DNA from: Octopus sinensis
Lineage: Eukaryota
Length of the DNA stretch: 64,000 nucleotides
Direction: 5' to 3'
NCBI RefSeq assembly: GCF_006345805.1
Contig: NC_043005.1
Coordinates: forward strand, 91,202,001-91,266,000
Shown: one piece after another, positions 38,301 through 50,621 of the stretch
Position numbering within the stretch: the stretch's first letter is position 1
Layout of the letters: each line of letters starts with the position of its first letter
The notes under the pieces: model-generated
The model's database searches: none
The model's input: the letters and a program-made list of their open reading frames with translations, nothing else
What the model was told of the DNA's origin: nothing
Made by a program: the position numbers and the translations under genes

Positions 38301-39143
38301 TGGTTTGGCAGTGGATGCCCTTCCTAACGCCAACCACTCCGTGAGTGTAGTGGGTGTCTTTTACATGCCACCAGCACAGGGGCCAGAGCAGGCTGGCAAA
38401 CAGCCACAATCGGTTGGTGCTTTTACGTGCCACTGACACGGACGCCAGTCAGGCGGCGCTGGCATCTGCTACATTTGGATGGTGCTTTTTACATGTCACC
38501 GGCACAGGTGTCTTAACTACAATTTCCATTTGAATTTTTATTTTGATATTGATGTACTTGACTCAACAGGTCTCCTCAAGAACAGCGGGTCACTCTACGA
38601 TCCAAGTATGAGGCTTAAAAAATAAGTACTGGAGTCAGTTTGTTTGATTAACCTCATTGGTGCCCCAGTATGACTCCAGTCCCAGAGTCTCTGTGTATGT
38701 ATGCAGAAGTTCTCTGTTTCTCAACTGTGTGGCGTGGGGTCCAGTCCCACTTCTAGGCACCTTAAGCATGTGTCTTCTACTTGTGCCTTAGACTGACCAA
38801 TTTTCATGATGTGATTGCTTAGTTTTAGAATGACGGTGCAGGGTAGGTGTGAGAGGCTGGATCTGGCTTGTTTGAACATAAAACATGTAGAATAACAGGG
38901 TTGGATATAGCCAATTAAAGTATTAAATTTATGCTAAAACTAAACAATTGAGTGACAGAAAGATATGTTAACAATATGGTGTTGATGTTCACAACAATAA
39001 TGTTGTTTCTTTTTCTTCTCCTTAGGCGTCTGGATTACTTTGTCATTTCTAAGAGACTGGTAGATAATCTCACTGATAGTTTGATTCACAAGGATGAAAT
39101 GGGGAGTGACCATTGCCCAATTGTTTTGCTCATGAACATGTAA
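29327..39143 (+). CDS. APEX1: AP endonuclease 1 (ExoIII/Xth family), 7 coding exons found; N-terminal ATG exon not located
   Basis: Exons 29327-29368, 30794-30892, 32255-32453, 35043-35114, 36982-37128, 37725-37905 and 39026-39143 have AG/GT boundaries and compatible phases (0,0,1,1,1,2). They total 858 nt, giving 285 aa plus stop. ExoIII motifs present: [54 protein letters not shown]. Confidence 0.96.
30794..30892 (+). CDS. APEX1: APEX1 exon (DAEKQEG...[17 protein letters not shown])
   Basis: AAG acceptor, GTGAGT donor, 99 nt, WNING motif. Confidence 0.93.
30927..31290 (-). mobile_element. Non-autonomous Helitron in an APEX1 intron
   Basis: Minus strand A|TCTCTCTACATATAAATG...CTAG|T; 19-bp perfect palindromic stem at 30926-30966; a similar 3' end occurs at 21658. 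Confidence 0.75.
32255..32453 (+). CDS. APEX1: APEX1 exon ([21 protein letters not shown]...[20 protein letters not shown])
   Basis: TAG acceptor, GTAAAG donor, 199 nt, catalytic LQETK motif. Confidence 0.95.
32665..33949 (+). mobile_element. RTE-clade LINE 3' portion with PHD-like Cys insert and (GAT)n tail
   Basis: LKINLAKTK...[22 protein letters not shown]...CGRC...[17 protein letters not shown]...MLHGSETW; 3' UTR ending AAATGATGATGATG. Confidence 0.85.
34085..34340. mobile_element. Two SINE A heads back-to-back
   Basis: Minus copy 34085-34230 and plus copy 34232-34340 diverge from a central CATG. Confidence 0.6.
35043..35114 (+). CDS. APEX1: APEX1 exon ([24 protein letters not shown])
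   Basis: CAG acceptor, GTGAGT donor, 72 nt, D.EGR motif. Confidence 0.95.
35480..35940 (+). mobile_element. Second RTE LINE fragment
   Basis: [18 protein letters not shown]...[11 protein letters not shown], homologous to 33040-33300. Confidence 0.75.
36157..36552. repeat. Left arm of an intronic inverted composite repeat (RTE 3' tail plus SINE A fragment)
   Basis: Reverse complement of 38157-38606, including the same RTE-tail/SINE junction. Confidence 0.9.
36553..36810 (-). mobile_element. RTE 3' UTR fragment
   Basis: GATGCCCTTCCTAACGCCAACCACTCC...TTTTACGTGCCAC motifs. Confidence 0.7.
36982..37128 (+). CDS. APEX1: APEX1 exon (YIPNAG...[11 protein letters not shown])
   Basis: CAG acceptor, GTAAGT donor, 147 nt. 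Confidence 0.96.
37725..37905 (+). CDS. APEX1: APEX1 exon ([19 protein letters not shown]...NARAKNVGW)
   Basis: CAG acceptor, GTAAGT donor, 181 nt. Confidence 0.96.
37945..38700. mobile_element. SINE A (+) with a nested RTE 3' tail insertion (-); contains the right arm 38157-38606
   Basis: SINE A is interrupted at GAGTAAG|TCATCATC and resumes at AAGTATGAGGCTTAAAAAATAAGTAC. Confidence 0.8.
39026..39143 (+). CDS. APEX1: APEX1 last coding exon (RLDYFVIS...[13 protein letters not shown])
   Basis: Polypyrimidine tract plus TAG acceptor; catalytic SDH motif; TAA stop at 39141-39143. Confidence 0.96.
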
Positions 39144-39353
39144 CTTGTCAACTTATATTAGAACCTTCTAAGCATAGACTACATTCTGTAATGTATCCAT
39201 ATCTTTTCTGGAGGGGCATTTTGTTGGGGATTTTTTTATGTTTTTGAACTGTAACTCTCATGTAACATTCCTTTCATGGCAAAGCTCATAATGGGGGAAA
39301 AAACACATTTTCTGTATTAAATTTTCATCAGGGTTTTTTTATTTTCTTATTTC

Positions 39354-39359
39354 AATAAA
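39354..39359 (+). terminator. Probable APEX1 polyadenylation signal
   Basis: AATAAA ~210 nt after the stop, followed by a U/GU-rich tract. Confidence 0.6.
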
Positions 39360-40549
39360 GACATTTTTCATCTCAGTGTTTGAGTTTTTATTGCTTGTTT
39401 GGTTGAATACATTCGTCACATTCATGGAATTGGTACAAATAGTAGAGAACCAGATTACATGCTTATAATGGTGAGTAAAATATTCTGCAGATAAGTGGAG
39501 GGATGAAACTTTTATTTATGTAAGACAATTTTTCACCTGACTTATGGTGAAGGTTAAATTTGCTTATATTTATAGCCAAAGTAATGTCTAACAAATTAGC
39601 TATTGTAAAAAATAAAGCCTATTTTACTAAAGAGTTTTATGTGACCTTTCTTAAATATATCTAGTTTATGCCCACTAAATTCCATGAAACTAGTTCATCA
39701 CCTCTATAAATCCATACTCTTATTGTAAGAAATCTTTTGTGTAAAAAATTTGGGATAAAAATTCTTTTGACAAACGAATCCCATCATATGCTCCACAAAG
39801 AAACATCAAATAACGTATTTGTGTTTGTTTTGTTGTTTTAGAAAAGATTTGTTCTTTTAGTGGAGAGGGATTACCTAGAGGTATTAATTAAAATAAATTA
39901 ATAAAATAATTATTCTTTACATAAATAATTATACTGATATCGGATACGCAGATTCATACGATGATACTTGTGGATACAAAAGCTTTGAGAAGAATGTGTT
40001 ACAAGGAGAAACGCTTAGAAACTTGCATAAACTGTTGAACCTCACAGGCAACTATGTTATGTTTCTGATCTCTATTCCTGACAAATTTTCCTTTAAATTA
40101 TTTTCCTTCTACCTTAAAATGCCCCCACTGTTATACCAAGATTCCATTTAGACAAATAAATTTTAATTCATTTTAATATTCCGCTGGCAACTCTTGAACC
40201 AATCTAGATAAGTATTGTAAATGAGAGGCGTTTGGCAAGTTTAACAGAAACATGAAGTATTTCAACAAGTATTTTCCACTTAGAAATTCAATAGAATACT
40301 GTTCCATCATTTGTTTGGATTTAAAAAATTTTTTTTTATGGCTTAGATAAGATTAATCTCACGATGCTGAAGCCCATGAGAGAAATGACAAAGAATCAAA
40401 GACTTTATTGGAGACGACCTGCTCCAACTTATGCAAACATGAAAAATATGAGGGACATAGAAACGACGGTGGTGGCGGTGTGAAAGTGATGATGATGATA
40501 ATATGAAGTTTAATAGTTCGAAATAGATCCGCATTGCCCGTTGTCTTCC

Positions 40550-41540
40550 TACAATATAATTTTGCAACATTACCGCTTGATTGTTTTAAAATTATCTCCC
40601 TTCTTTAAGCAGTACAAATTACCGCTAGGTTTTTGTTTTCTCTTTCCAACTAAAATAAACACTTCCATTAAGAAATTTTTTTTTTGCATGGCATTAAATC
40701 ACCGTCCTTTAATACTCCCAAATCATGACATCTGAGTTATTTCCCTTCGCTCATTTTAACTTAGGAGATCTGCATTTGGAAATGAAGATATGCAGACCGA
40801 TAGATGGATGGATGGACGTGTGCCCGCGTGCAGCCGAGAGAACTAATAAATCAGTTCTCGAACATAAAAACTTTATAGTAATCATTAAACCCCAGTTTCA
40901 CAATTATTTCTAAGTCATTCTCTCCATTTGAAATGCAGTAAAATAATTACTGATCCGTTAAATACTACTAACGATGATATAGTTCGCGAAACGCATGCTA
41001 AAATATTTTACTGGTGTCTATAGATGGTAAATATATTCGTTTAACCAAGTTATGTAGAATAAATGCCAAAGTATAATTACTTAAATCACTTAGGTGTGTA
41101 TTTAAGAGAGCCACCCGGAACTTTCATTAGCAGATAATACTTGATAGGACACCCTTAGTCCACATTCGTTAATGTTATTTTCATGTAGATGGAAGTCCTG
41201 TACCTTATATCTTAAAAACGTAAGCTTAAAATATATCATTATGTCTGCAGCGAACAAACGAAATGTTTTGTGATATTGCCTTTTTTTTTCTTTAATTGTA
41301 TTATGTTTCTCTGGTAAAAAAAAAAATAAAAAAGAGTTTGAAAGAAAAACAAAAATCTATATCCTTGGGCAATCCTTTGATATTGGTACACGGCGTCATT
41401 CACTCACAAAACCTTCCCTCATGACATAAAGAGACTAAGCTGGAAAACTGTCAATGATGTCGCCTCACACCGACACTCTCTATTTGTTTGTTTGTAAATA
41501 TGGCGGAGAACAAATTGCTAAAAATTGTTAGTAAATTCAC
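40550..41540 (+). repeat. Diverged direct copy of the insertion-free backbone of 23330-26460
   Basis: Colinear blocks, e.g. TTAATACTCC(C/A)AAATCA(T/C)GACAT, CCCGGAACTTTCAT(T/G)AGCAGATAATA, CCCTCATG(A/T)CATA, TTTGTAAAT(A/T)TGGCG..GAACAAATT. Confidence 0.8.
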
Positions 41541-41552
41541 AATTTGGTAATT

Positions 41553-41913
41553 CATTTCTTTACTACCCACAAGGGGCTATATACAAAGGGATTAAGTCGA
41601 TTATATCGACTCCAGTGCGTAACTGGTAATTATTTAATCAACCCCGAAAGGCAAAGTCGACCTCAGCGGAATTTGAACTCAGAACGTAGCGGCAGGCGAA
41701 ATACCTATTTCTTTACTAAACACATAGGGGACAGACAAACGGATTAAGTCGATTACATCGACCCCAGTGCGTAACTGGTACTTAATTTATCGACCCCGAA
41801 AGGATGAAAGGCAAAGTCGACTTCGGCGGAATTTGAACTCAGAACGTAACGGCAGACGAAATACGGCTACGCATTTCGTCCGGCGTGCTAACGTTTCTGC
41901 CAGCTCGCCGCCT
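41553..41913 (-). mobile_element. Dimeric SINE B inside one 12-bp TSD
   Basis: AATTTGGTAATT at 41541-41552 and 41922-41933; two body units, one head. Confidence 0.85.
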
Positions 41914-42249
41914 TTTTTTAGAATTTGGTAATTGTTCTGTTTACGGGCGTAAAAAAAAAACTTAATAAAATTTAAGAGGGAAATAACTCATAAAAGAAGC
42001 AAAGGGAAGTAAGTCATTTTATTTTTAATCATATTGCTTAAGCAGCTGATACAGCATCTAAAGAGTGAACAAATATTTTATTCTTCTCCACTGAATGACA
42101 CCATATAAATTCGTGCAAATACGAAACGAACAAAGCCTCTGAAGTGCCGAATTGACGGCGTGACTTGCGCTTAACACGCATCCATATATTTCCGATATTT
42201 TCTTCATGTACACTCACCTCGCAAGTGTATGCGCCACCATTTAAAATTC

Positions 42250-42650
42250 GGATCTTTTCACTTTGACCGGCAAATTTTTAAAATAATTTCTTTGTAACTA
42301 AACACTTTTAAACTTCGTATACTGGTAGAATGTGTCATATAAAACATCTTTTTCTCTTGGCTTTCTTGAGAAGATTCTGTAGTTTGTAAGCTATTTGTCG
42401 TTAAATTTCTTGCATTTCGGCGATTTCAACCAATCGATGATGTCTATTGAGGTGAATACAATTTCTGCTGTTGTTTATCAACAACTTCCTGCGGTCTCTA
42501 TTTAGTTTGTCACTGTTATTTATGACATATTTCATATCAGTCACGTTCGTATGAATAAAAGATTGTGGGGTGGAGGTGGGTTTCTTTTTTCTTCAGAAAA
42601 GTAAATAAACCCACGTGGGTTTATAAGTGACAGCTACACAGCCGGAAGTT
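42250..42650 (+). mobile_element. MITE arm, same family as 27527
   Basis: CGGATCTTTTCACTTTG...AAACTTCGTATACTGGTAGAATG. Confidence 0.7.
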
Positions 42651-43039
42651 TTTTGACAGTAAGATATACGACATCAGAGTTTGTACCTGATCCCAAAGTT
42701 TTAAGGACATCATCAATGTGGCATAAGAGCTGTGTTAGACAGTCCCTGCTGCAGTGAAAGCCATGCTGGTTTGAATTTAGGAGATTCTGGGTCTCCAGGA
42801 AGCCAGCTATCCTTCATCTCACCACCTTTTCAAACACTTTAATGATATGGGAGATGAGTCAGATTGGGCAATAGTTGACTGCAAGGGATCTGTTTCCCTG
42901 TTTGAAAACCAGGATAAGAGCTGTTTCAGTATATAACCTGAGTCTAAAGAATTTATCCAGAGGTTGGTCTGAGGGACTGCAAGTAGGTGTCTACATTCCT
43001 TCTGGAGACTAGTGGGGGAATTATTAGGGCCTAGAGCAG

Positions 43040-43918
43040 AATAATATTTGATATCACTTATTGCTGCTATGATGTCTGAAGCGTTAAAGGTTATGTCCGA
43101 GGTGGATCAAACTTATGATAAACAATCCCCTTGTAGTCGAATAAAACGGTCAACCTTCCCTTTACTTCGACTCATTCGTGCTTTCTTTGGTTTTGGAGGG
43201 GGTGGGGTCTTCCACTGCGAAACTGAGCCTTTGTTTTGGGGTCATAGCCATAGACCCACAATTCATCACCCATTGACTGTTTTCGTCGTTCTCAACGCAA
43301 TCAATATCTTGTGCGACTGAAATTCGAGTGTCTTTTTGGTCAGCTGAAAGCAATTTTGGCACAAAATTTGCAGACATGCGTCGCATATCCAAATCTCCAG
43401 AGATAATGGACTGAACTGATCTGTATCTAAGTTGCACATTTTCTGATAACTCATGGATGGGGATTCAACAATTTTCCCTCAGCTGCACGAACATCTGTGA
43501 TGTTTTTTCTCGGTTCTACTGGTTGCAGGTCTCCCAGAACGTTTTCATTGCTATCAATATTTTTTCAGCCATCTTGGAAACCTCTGAACCACTCATACAC
43601 TTAGTGTGTGGTTCATACACTCCTCTTTATATACTTTCTGCAACTTTGCGTTGACCTCTGAGCAGGTATTGCCAAGCTTTTGGCAAAATTTGATGCAGAT
43701 TCTCTGCTCAACTTTCTCTGTCATGGTCAATGCAATGATCACATGCTACACACATCCCTTCCAAGCACTGTTGTAAACAGTCGAAGTGAGCTAGAATGTT
43801 AAAAATTGGTACACGTGCACAGCAGAGTTCAAAGTCAATCTGTGCCAAGTGGCTTCACTCTGCCTGCCTTAGCTTCATTACTATGGCAACAGCCCAGATA
43901 TTTATTAATCACACCACG
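43040..43918 (-). mobile_element. Mariner transposon remnant
   Basis: TA|CGTGGTGTGATTAATAAAT left end; HTH region (VYEWF..F), DMRRMSANFVPKLLSADQK, GYDP-like and LTVLFDYKGIVY segments; 3' part lost. Confidence 0.85.
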
Positions 43919-43951
43919 TATATGTGTGTGTGTGTATGTATGTGTATATAT

Positions 43952-44001
<50 letters not shown>

Positions 44002-44384
44002 ATAAAAAAAAGAGCAGTAATTGTTACAACAAAATGAAGCAGTTATGTAGACAGGTATGTTGGGACCTACCTTTTGGAAACTGTTTATCATTACTAATAC
44101 ACTTTAGGCTCAATGGCTGTAAGGTTATGGAGATGGGCTATGGACCACTTTGTCTTGAGTGCAAATCATCTTTTAACTAGGTTTTCAATGACTTAGTCAG
44201 AAGAGTAGTGACAGCATCTCTGAGACTAAGTGGAGATGATCCCTAGAGCAGAAACCTAAACTGAATGCTTACAAGAGTGGACTCAGCTAAAGGCACCCAA
44301 GTGCCAAGTTGGAGGAAATGGGTGAGATGGCAGCGGTGGCGGTGGTGCAGTGTCACCGCCATTGCTGCTGCTGCTGCTTGTTTG

Positions 44385-44750
44385 TTTGTTTGTTTGTTTG
44401 TTGGGCGAAGCTGTCTTCGTCTCATTAGTGGGAGAAGTCCGAAATGTGGTCCTTTGCAATTCGTAAGACCCGCAGAAGAGAAAGCAGGTCAACCCCTGAC
44501 ACCGAGAGCATCGACAGATGGATGAATGTGCATCCAGGTTCAGCGGTTGCATAGGAAGTTGGGGACAAGAAGCAGGAAGAAAGAGTGAGAGAAAGTTGGA
44601 GCGAAAGAGTACAACAGGAGTCGCCACCACCCCCTGCCGGAGCTTCGTGGAGCTTTAGGTGTTTTCGCTCAATAAACACACACAACGTGCGGTCTGGGAA
44701 TCGAAACCGCGAGTCCGCTGCCCTAACCACTGGGCCATTGCGCCTCCACT
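44385..44750 (-). mobile_element. tRNA-derived SINE family C
   Basis: Head GGAGGCGCAATGGCCCAGTGGTTAGGGCAGCGGAC...TTCGATTCCC; (CAAA)n tail. Confidence 0.8.
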
Positions 44751-45473
44751 TGGTTGTTGCTGCTGTTGTTGTTAAACCAGAAAATAAGTTAAATCTACCA
44801 ACCAAGGTCATGAACCATCCCTCTGACAGGCTATCACACAGTTTCTGTTTACCAAATTTAAATTGCAGGATTACAGTAGAAAACACTTGTCTAAGGCACT
44901 GCACAATCAGATAAAACCTGAAACCATTTAGCTATAAAGCCAAATTCTTACACAGCAGCCATACATGCACTTTTTTTCTAACTGAACTAGAAAAGTGGAC
45001 TTGTATTCATATTTCACAGTTAAGTGGATCTGAATTGCACAGATTCCTTCAGTTCTTCTAAGCATGAAAATCCTAGATACTCAGCAAGAAGTCTTTTCCT
45101 GTAGTTTTTTTCACATTGTTTCTATTTTACAGAATACTCAGATGCCATATTCATAAGTTTATGTACAGGCGTGTGCGGACGCACCCACACACACAAAGAG
45201 GAAGAGAGGAAAGAAGCAGAGGTACAATGAATAGCTTATAACCATATGAACAACACATCACAGTTTACATAAAACTGCTGGAACAACTTGCATATTTGTG
45301 CTACTTTGATAACTGTTGATACTCTAACATGCCAACTTCACAAGGAATTAACCTATTTGGTCTTCTGAAAAATAGGTTAGGGTTAAAACATTTTTTATTA
45401 CTAGCTGAAATATTAATTCACCATAACTTGGGGTTTCATGTTACCAATACTCACACAGCAAGATTCATATATT

Positions 45474-45549
<76 letters not shown>

Positions 45550-45899
45550 ATACCGCACCATAGAAAATATATATGAAAGAAGGTTTGAAAATGCAATTTT
45601 AAAGATGTTTATTCACTTGACCGATTTCACTTTTTAGAAAAAGATTGTCAATAGTAAAATGTAAAGCTTTGTATAAGCTTTGTTGTGTTAAGTACTGGTT
45701 GTCACAAAAATATTGAAATACATATATACATTCTTTGATAATAATAATAAGAAAACGTTAAAAACAGTTTGCAAAAAAGTATTTAAGAAAATATTCAACA
45801 AAAAGTATTAGGAGTTCAATAAAAACCATGTTTGTTTGGTAGTATATATATACATACACAGAAGGAAATATATTTAAGAACTGACAACAAATTAGAGAG

Positions 45900-46620
45900 G
45901 AACCAACCTGTCTTTTGGGCATTTTTTCTGTCTTTGGTAAGGTACAGAACAATAAAACTTTTACTTCAAATATTCCAGCTAAGGATAAAATTTTAAATTA
46001 GAAAATATTAACGTTTATTAAAACTAAAAAATTTATTACAAGTTATTGTTTCTATAATTTATTGCTTGTTATTTCTATTAAAAATTTAAAAAAACTTAAT
46101 TGAAATATTTTTGCTCTTTAAAAATTTCAATTTTTTAATTATTAATCAATAATTAGAAATTTGCAAATAGGTTATAAGAAATAATGGTAATACATACTTT
46201 GTACAATAAACAGAATAATACAAAAATTAGTTATATATTACAGTAAAATCTACCTATAACAACAAATTCACAATAAAATTTGCTTGAGTCATTGCCTAAG
46301 TTCTTGCCAAGTCTTCACATTTTTAGTCTTTTCCCAATGCCAATTTTTTACGTAATGAATTTGCCTACCATATATACTATTCTACTTTGCATAAAACTTT
46401 AGCTATATTGGTACTTCTGGCTCTCAATTTTTAAGTATTCTAGTGTGTCAATATTTTAACAAAATATTAGTACCTTTTCTAATTATAATGTTACTTTGAA
46501 AATTAAAATCAAATATTTTTTTTAATATTCAAATTTTATCCTTAGCTGCAATAATCTAAGTAAAAATTTTCTTGTTCTGTACTTTACCAGATGTAATAAC
46601 TTGTCCTGTACTTTTCCAGG
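45900..46620. mobile_element. AT-rich foldback element (related copy at ~14780-15110)
   Basis: Inverted arms around CAGCTAAGGATAAAATTT (45995) and AAATTTTATCCTTAGCTG (46530). Confidence 0.45.
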
Positions 46621-47958
46621 TTAATAATCTTAAGAATATTATTTCTCTTGCTCGCATTTGTAGGTAACACTAATTGACCAGAACATTCCAGGCGAACATG
46701 GTTAACTCCTCCTTTGCTAATTTACCAGAGGCATAACTGCTAAACTGCACGCAGGAGGTCTGGTAGCACATCGCCTATTTAAGCGTGAACACCCGTTCAA
46801 ACAACTTATCTTCTCTAACTGCTTCTTCGAGACGCGACAAGGTCCACTGCGACCACGAGAGAGCCAGGCACATGAATTCGATATCTAATTTCCTACCAGT
46901 AGCTCGTCATGCTATTCTACGTCTAGTGCCTGTGGAAAGTAAATCTCGTAGCTTGATTTACTTGTATTTACTCAAAGTTATCATGGAACATGGCAAGTTG
47001 ATCAAAACCTTTCTTCTTCCCAGAAATCTTTATTGAACATTGTATATTCACTGTACGCGTTCGTTTGTCACGCGTCTGAAAAAAACCGTGAACGTGAAGT
47101 TATTCGCACAGAACGAGTGTTGTCGTTATTTATTGCACAAAGGTATTTCATGGTTATTGGATTAATGATTCAGTCCAATTATCAGTGTTGACGTTTTTAT
47201 TAGCAATTTTCCTCGCTAAACATCTTTTTTTTTTCCATGCTATGCTATTACGCTAATAAATAATATGTCAAATGTGTCAATCAGCGGTATTGTTGATATT
47301 TTTTTCCTTACCTCAATGATGCCGGTGACATATATTAAAAGTCCTCGAGAATTATATTCATAAAAGTGTAGAACTATATTATCACCTTCAAATTTGAGAA
47401 ATAAACACTCATAACTTTTTTCTTTATAAACTTCATTGCATGAGATTGATACCATGAAATTCTTCGAATTGAATTCTATCATTGAAGCTTAATTAAAAAA
47501 TAGTTTGTTTTTAAAATAAAGAAATTAATTATACTTAGATCCAATTTTTTGCCTTACTTATACTTTTTTCATGGTATTTTACCTCATAACTTTTTTGATA
47601 CAAGTTTTTGTTGCATGGGACCAAAACTATGAAATGCTTCACGCTTGCTTCTACCATTGAAGGTAAGATAAATATATTTTGCTTTTAAAATAAAAAAGTT
47701 ATTTAGATCTAAACTTGATTGGTGGTTTACTTATTCTCCTGTAACGTTGCTACAAATTTTTATGTACCAAATCTCAATTTCTTTATATGCCAAAATGTAG
47801 CTAGAGACCAGTGCTCTTCAAATATGTTAACGGTGTTCCATTTGGTTAAAAACTGAATTAGCAACTAGCTCTGAAAGATGCTGTGTGTGAGTAAATTGGA
47901 GGCCTTAAGGATATTGTTATTCAACTACTACCATAGTTGCTGAAGTTACACAAGCTCA

Positions 47959-48720
47959 ATGAATGAGGCTGGTCGTAACCCGAAAAAAGGCTTAAATACA
48001 ATTATGAGATCTATAAAGTATGAAAATGTAAATGGCAAAAAGGGCTTGGGATCCAGAGATGAACACGTCTGGGTCGGCAGGTGCCCCAGGGTATCGCAGC
48101 CTGGGCTCGGTCGTCATCCTTCCACTGCATGCAGCAGCAACAACAGAAAAGTTTCCATGAATTTTGGATGCTGGAATGTAAGAACATTATTAAATTCAGA
48201 ATCAAATAAAAGATACCCAGTGAGAAGGTCTGCTCTTATTGGTAAGGAAACGCAAAGGTATGCAATGGACATTGTAGCATTATCAGAGACTAGATTTCTT
48301 TGGCAAGGTAACTTTGCTGAGAAATCCAGAGGCTATACATTTTATTGGAGTGGGAAAGAAGAAAAAGAAAATTGCAAAAAAGAAAGTGATGCTCTGAAAA
48401 CCTCCTTGGTTGATGATTTAGAGGAACTGCCATACAGTGCAAACGATAGAATGATATTGCTGAGGTTGCCTTTAAAGAAAGGCCGGTATGTACCAACTAT
48501 GAATGTAAGTGATAATGAAAAGCTCTCCTTTTATGATGTATTGAGCGAAAATATCCGCAAAATTTCACACGAGGATAAGATTATTATATTGGGCGATTTT
48601 AATGCTAGAGTTGGTAAAGATCATAAGACATGGGGTGTGATTGAAAAACAGAGTGGGAAATTGTAACAGCAATGGCTTACTTTTGTTACAGATGTGTTCT
48701 GAGAACGAATTAAATTGAGC
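47959..48720 (+). mobile_element. RTE-clade LINE 5' portion, APE-type endonuclease domain
   Basis: FGCWNVRTL...RRSALI.KE..RY.MDIVALSETR...GYTFYWSG...IIILGDFNARVG; short deletions and a stop after 48666. Confidence 0.88.
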
Positions 48721-49576
48721 TGGCGTGTATGAAGTGAAAGCCTAAAGGCAGGAACATAGGAGATGGATATAAGAGGTGTTGGCGGTCGGCAGTCAGGCCA
48801 AGAAAGAAAGATCATGGCTGGCCGGATACCGGTCACATGGAAGGAGGAGAGATGGATATGGGGCAGCAGGATTGAAGGATTAGAAAAAAAATCAGATGCA
48901 AAGAGAAAGGTACAGGGGAGATAAACGAGTGGAAGACTGGGAGTTAAAAAAAAGAGAGGGTCAAGAAATGTGAGAGAGGGAGAGCAAGAAAAAGGAATAT
49001 ATATATATATTCTATAATATAAATTGGACATGGGTGATCATTGTATTCTTTCTTGCCTTGAAGTTCACAGCAAAACAGCTGGGTAGATTTGCGTGAAAAA
49101 GGTCACACATGTGCAGACGAGTGCATAGATTGGAATGCGGTTTGTATTTTCTTCCTAGCCCCCATAGTTACCGAGAAAATCGATTAAAACTTTTCTAATG
49201 GAATGGCATATACCATTTCGTTAGCAACAGGGCGGGGGGGGGGCTACAGGATGACAGTCAGCCAAAGCCATACATACATACATCATACATACATACATAC
49301 ATACATACATACATACATACATACCCTTTCTCTCCTTTTCTCTGTCAGTCACACACATTCACTCACTACAAAAAGTGAATAGCAAAATTTCAGTTAACTC
49401 TCTCTCGGCCATACATAGATACATACATACATAACAACCTGCGTGCGCGCGTGTATGTGTGTCACTGAAGTCATTCATACACACATAAATAACGTTTCTC
49501 TCTCTCTCACGCGCGCTTTTTCTCTGTCAATCACACACATTCACTCACTACAAAAAGTGAATTAAAAATTTAAATT

Positions 49577-49620
<44 letters not shown>

Positions 49621-50226
49621 TACACACACACCAGCAACATTACTCCCTCTGTCTCTTCACACACACTAACAAAAGCAATTCACACACACACCACACATTC
49701 TGTCTCGCACACCCTCATCAAACACACACACACACACACACGCGCGCATTCACGCACATCAATTCTTCCACTTCACGCCAACTTCAAAAGAACTTCACTC
49801 ATACAATCGCGATCTCTCTCTCTCTGTCTCTTTCGTTTTCACGTCGACTTAAAAAGATCCCCTTTCCACCCAACCCCATATCAAAAAAAAATAATTTTTT
49901 TTACGGAAACTGACGATCATCTCCAAAAATGTAAATAAACGCACGTGGTTTATAAGTGGTTTGTAAGATCGCCCAATGTTTTAATGATTAAACAGAGGCC
50001 CAATAGAATAGCTCTCAGAAACAGACTACGTATAAATTCGTTCTTCACAACTCCTGAAGCTATTTTCTGACAAGGGGCAGAAGCAGAAATTTTCATAAAG
50101 CTGGAGGCTCTAATCAAAACATTATTATTATTATTCAGGTCACTGCCTGGAATCAGAACTCAGAATCTCGGGGTTAGTAGCCGGCGCTCTTAACCACAAC
50201 GCCATATGCCCGTCAAATATAAATAA

Positions 50227-50621
50227 CTAGCAATATCGCCCGGCGTTGCTCGGGTTTGTAAGGGAAATAACTATATAAGCATTTTTAGAGATGTAAAGTA
50301 TAATAGCCATCTCAATATGGCTAACCACAAAGGGTGGGGTTACTGTAGCTTTTTACGCTCTGAGATTTAATAATAAATTTTTAGAGAGTTACTTCCCTTA
50401 TATATGCCAAAAATGCATTAAAAATGGGAAAAATTGATGGTAAATTTTTTTTTAAATCGTAGACTCATCGTAGACGCGCGCTAATACCCAGAAGGGCTCG
50501 ATATGAATCACGACTATAAGATACCCGGTTTTTGTTAAACTGCACCGCAAAATGTGGGAGTAGTTAGGAATCTAAATCGTAGGAGACAGACAGCACACAA
50601 CCTGACTTTTATATATAAAGA
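50227..50621 (-). mobile_element. Non-autonomous Helitron (same family as 24455)
   Basis: A|TCTTTATATATAAAAG...ACCCGAGCAACGCCGGGCG...CTAG|T on the minus strand. Confidence 0.88.

Noticed and set aside
41497-41552. ATGGCGGAGAAC... as first exon of a downstream gene (MAENKLLKI...)
   Set aside because: Plausible donors follow, but no downstream exons were recognisable in 42-64 kb, and the site lies in a duplicated segment next to a SINE.
44680-44750. tRNA-like sequence (also at 7291, 10800-10874, 23600-23695)
   Set aside because: A/B boxes are present but the cloverleaf is incomplete and continues into SINE bodies; not tRNA genes.
46640-46960. GC-richer island possibly from an L1/Tx1 RT
   Set aside because: Only vague similarity with many stops; cannot be supported without a search.
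47959-48666. 235-aa ORF as a second APEX1 paralogue
   Set aside because: Intronless, with RTE-type motifs (WNVRTL, ALSETR, LGDFNARVG) and deletions; it is a LINE endonuclease.
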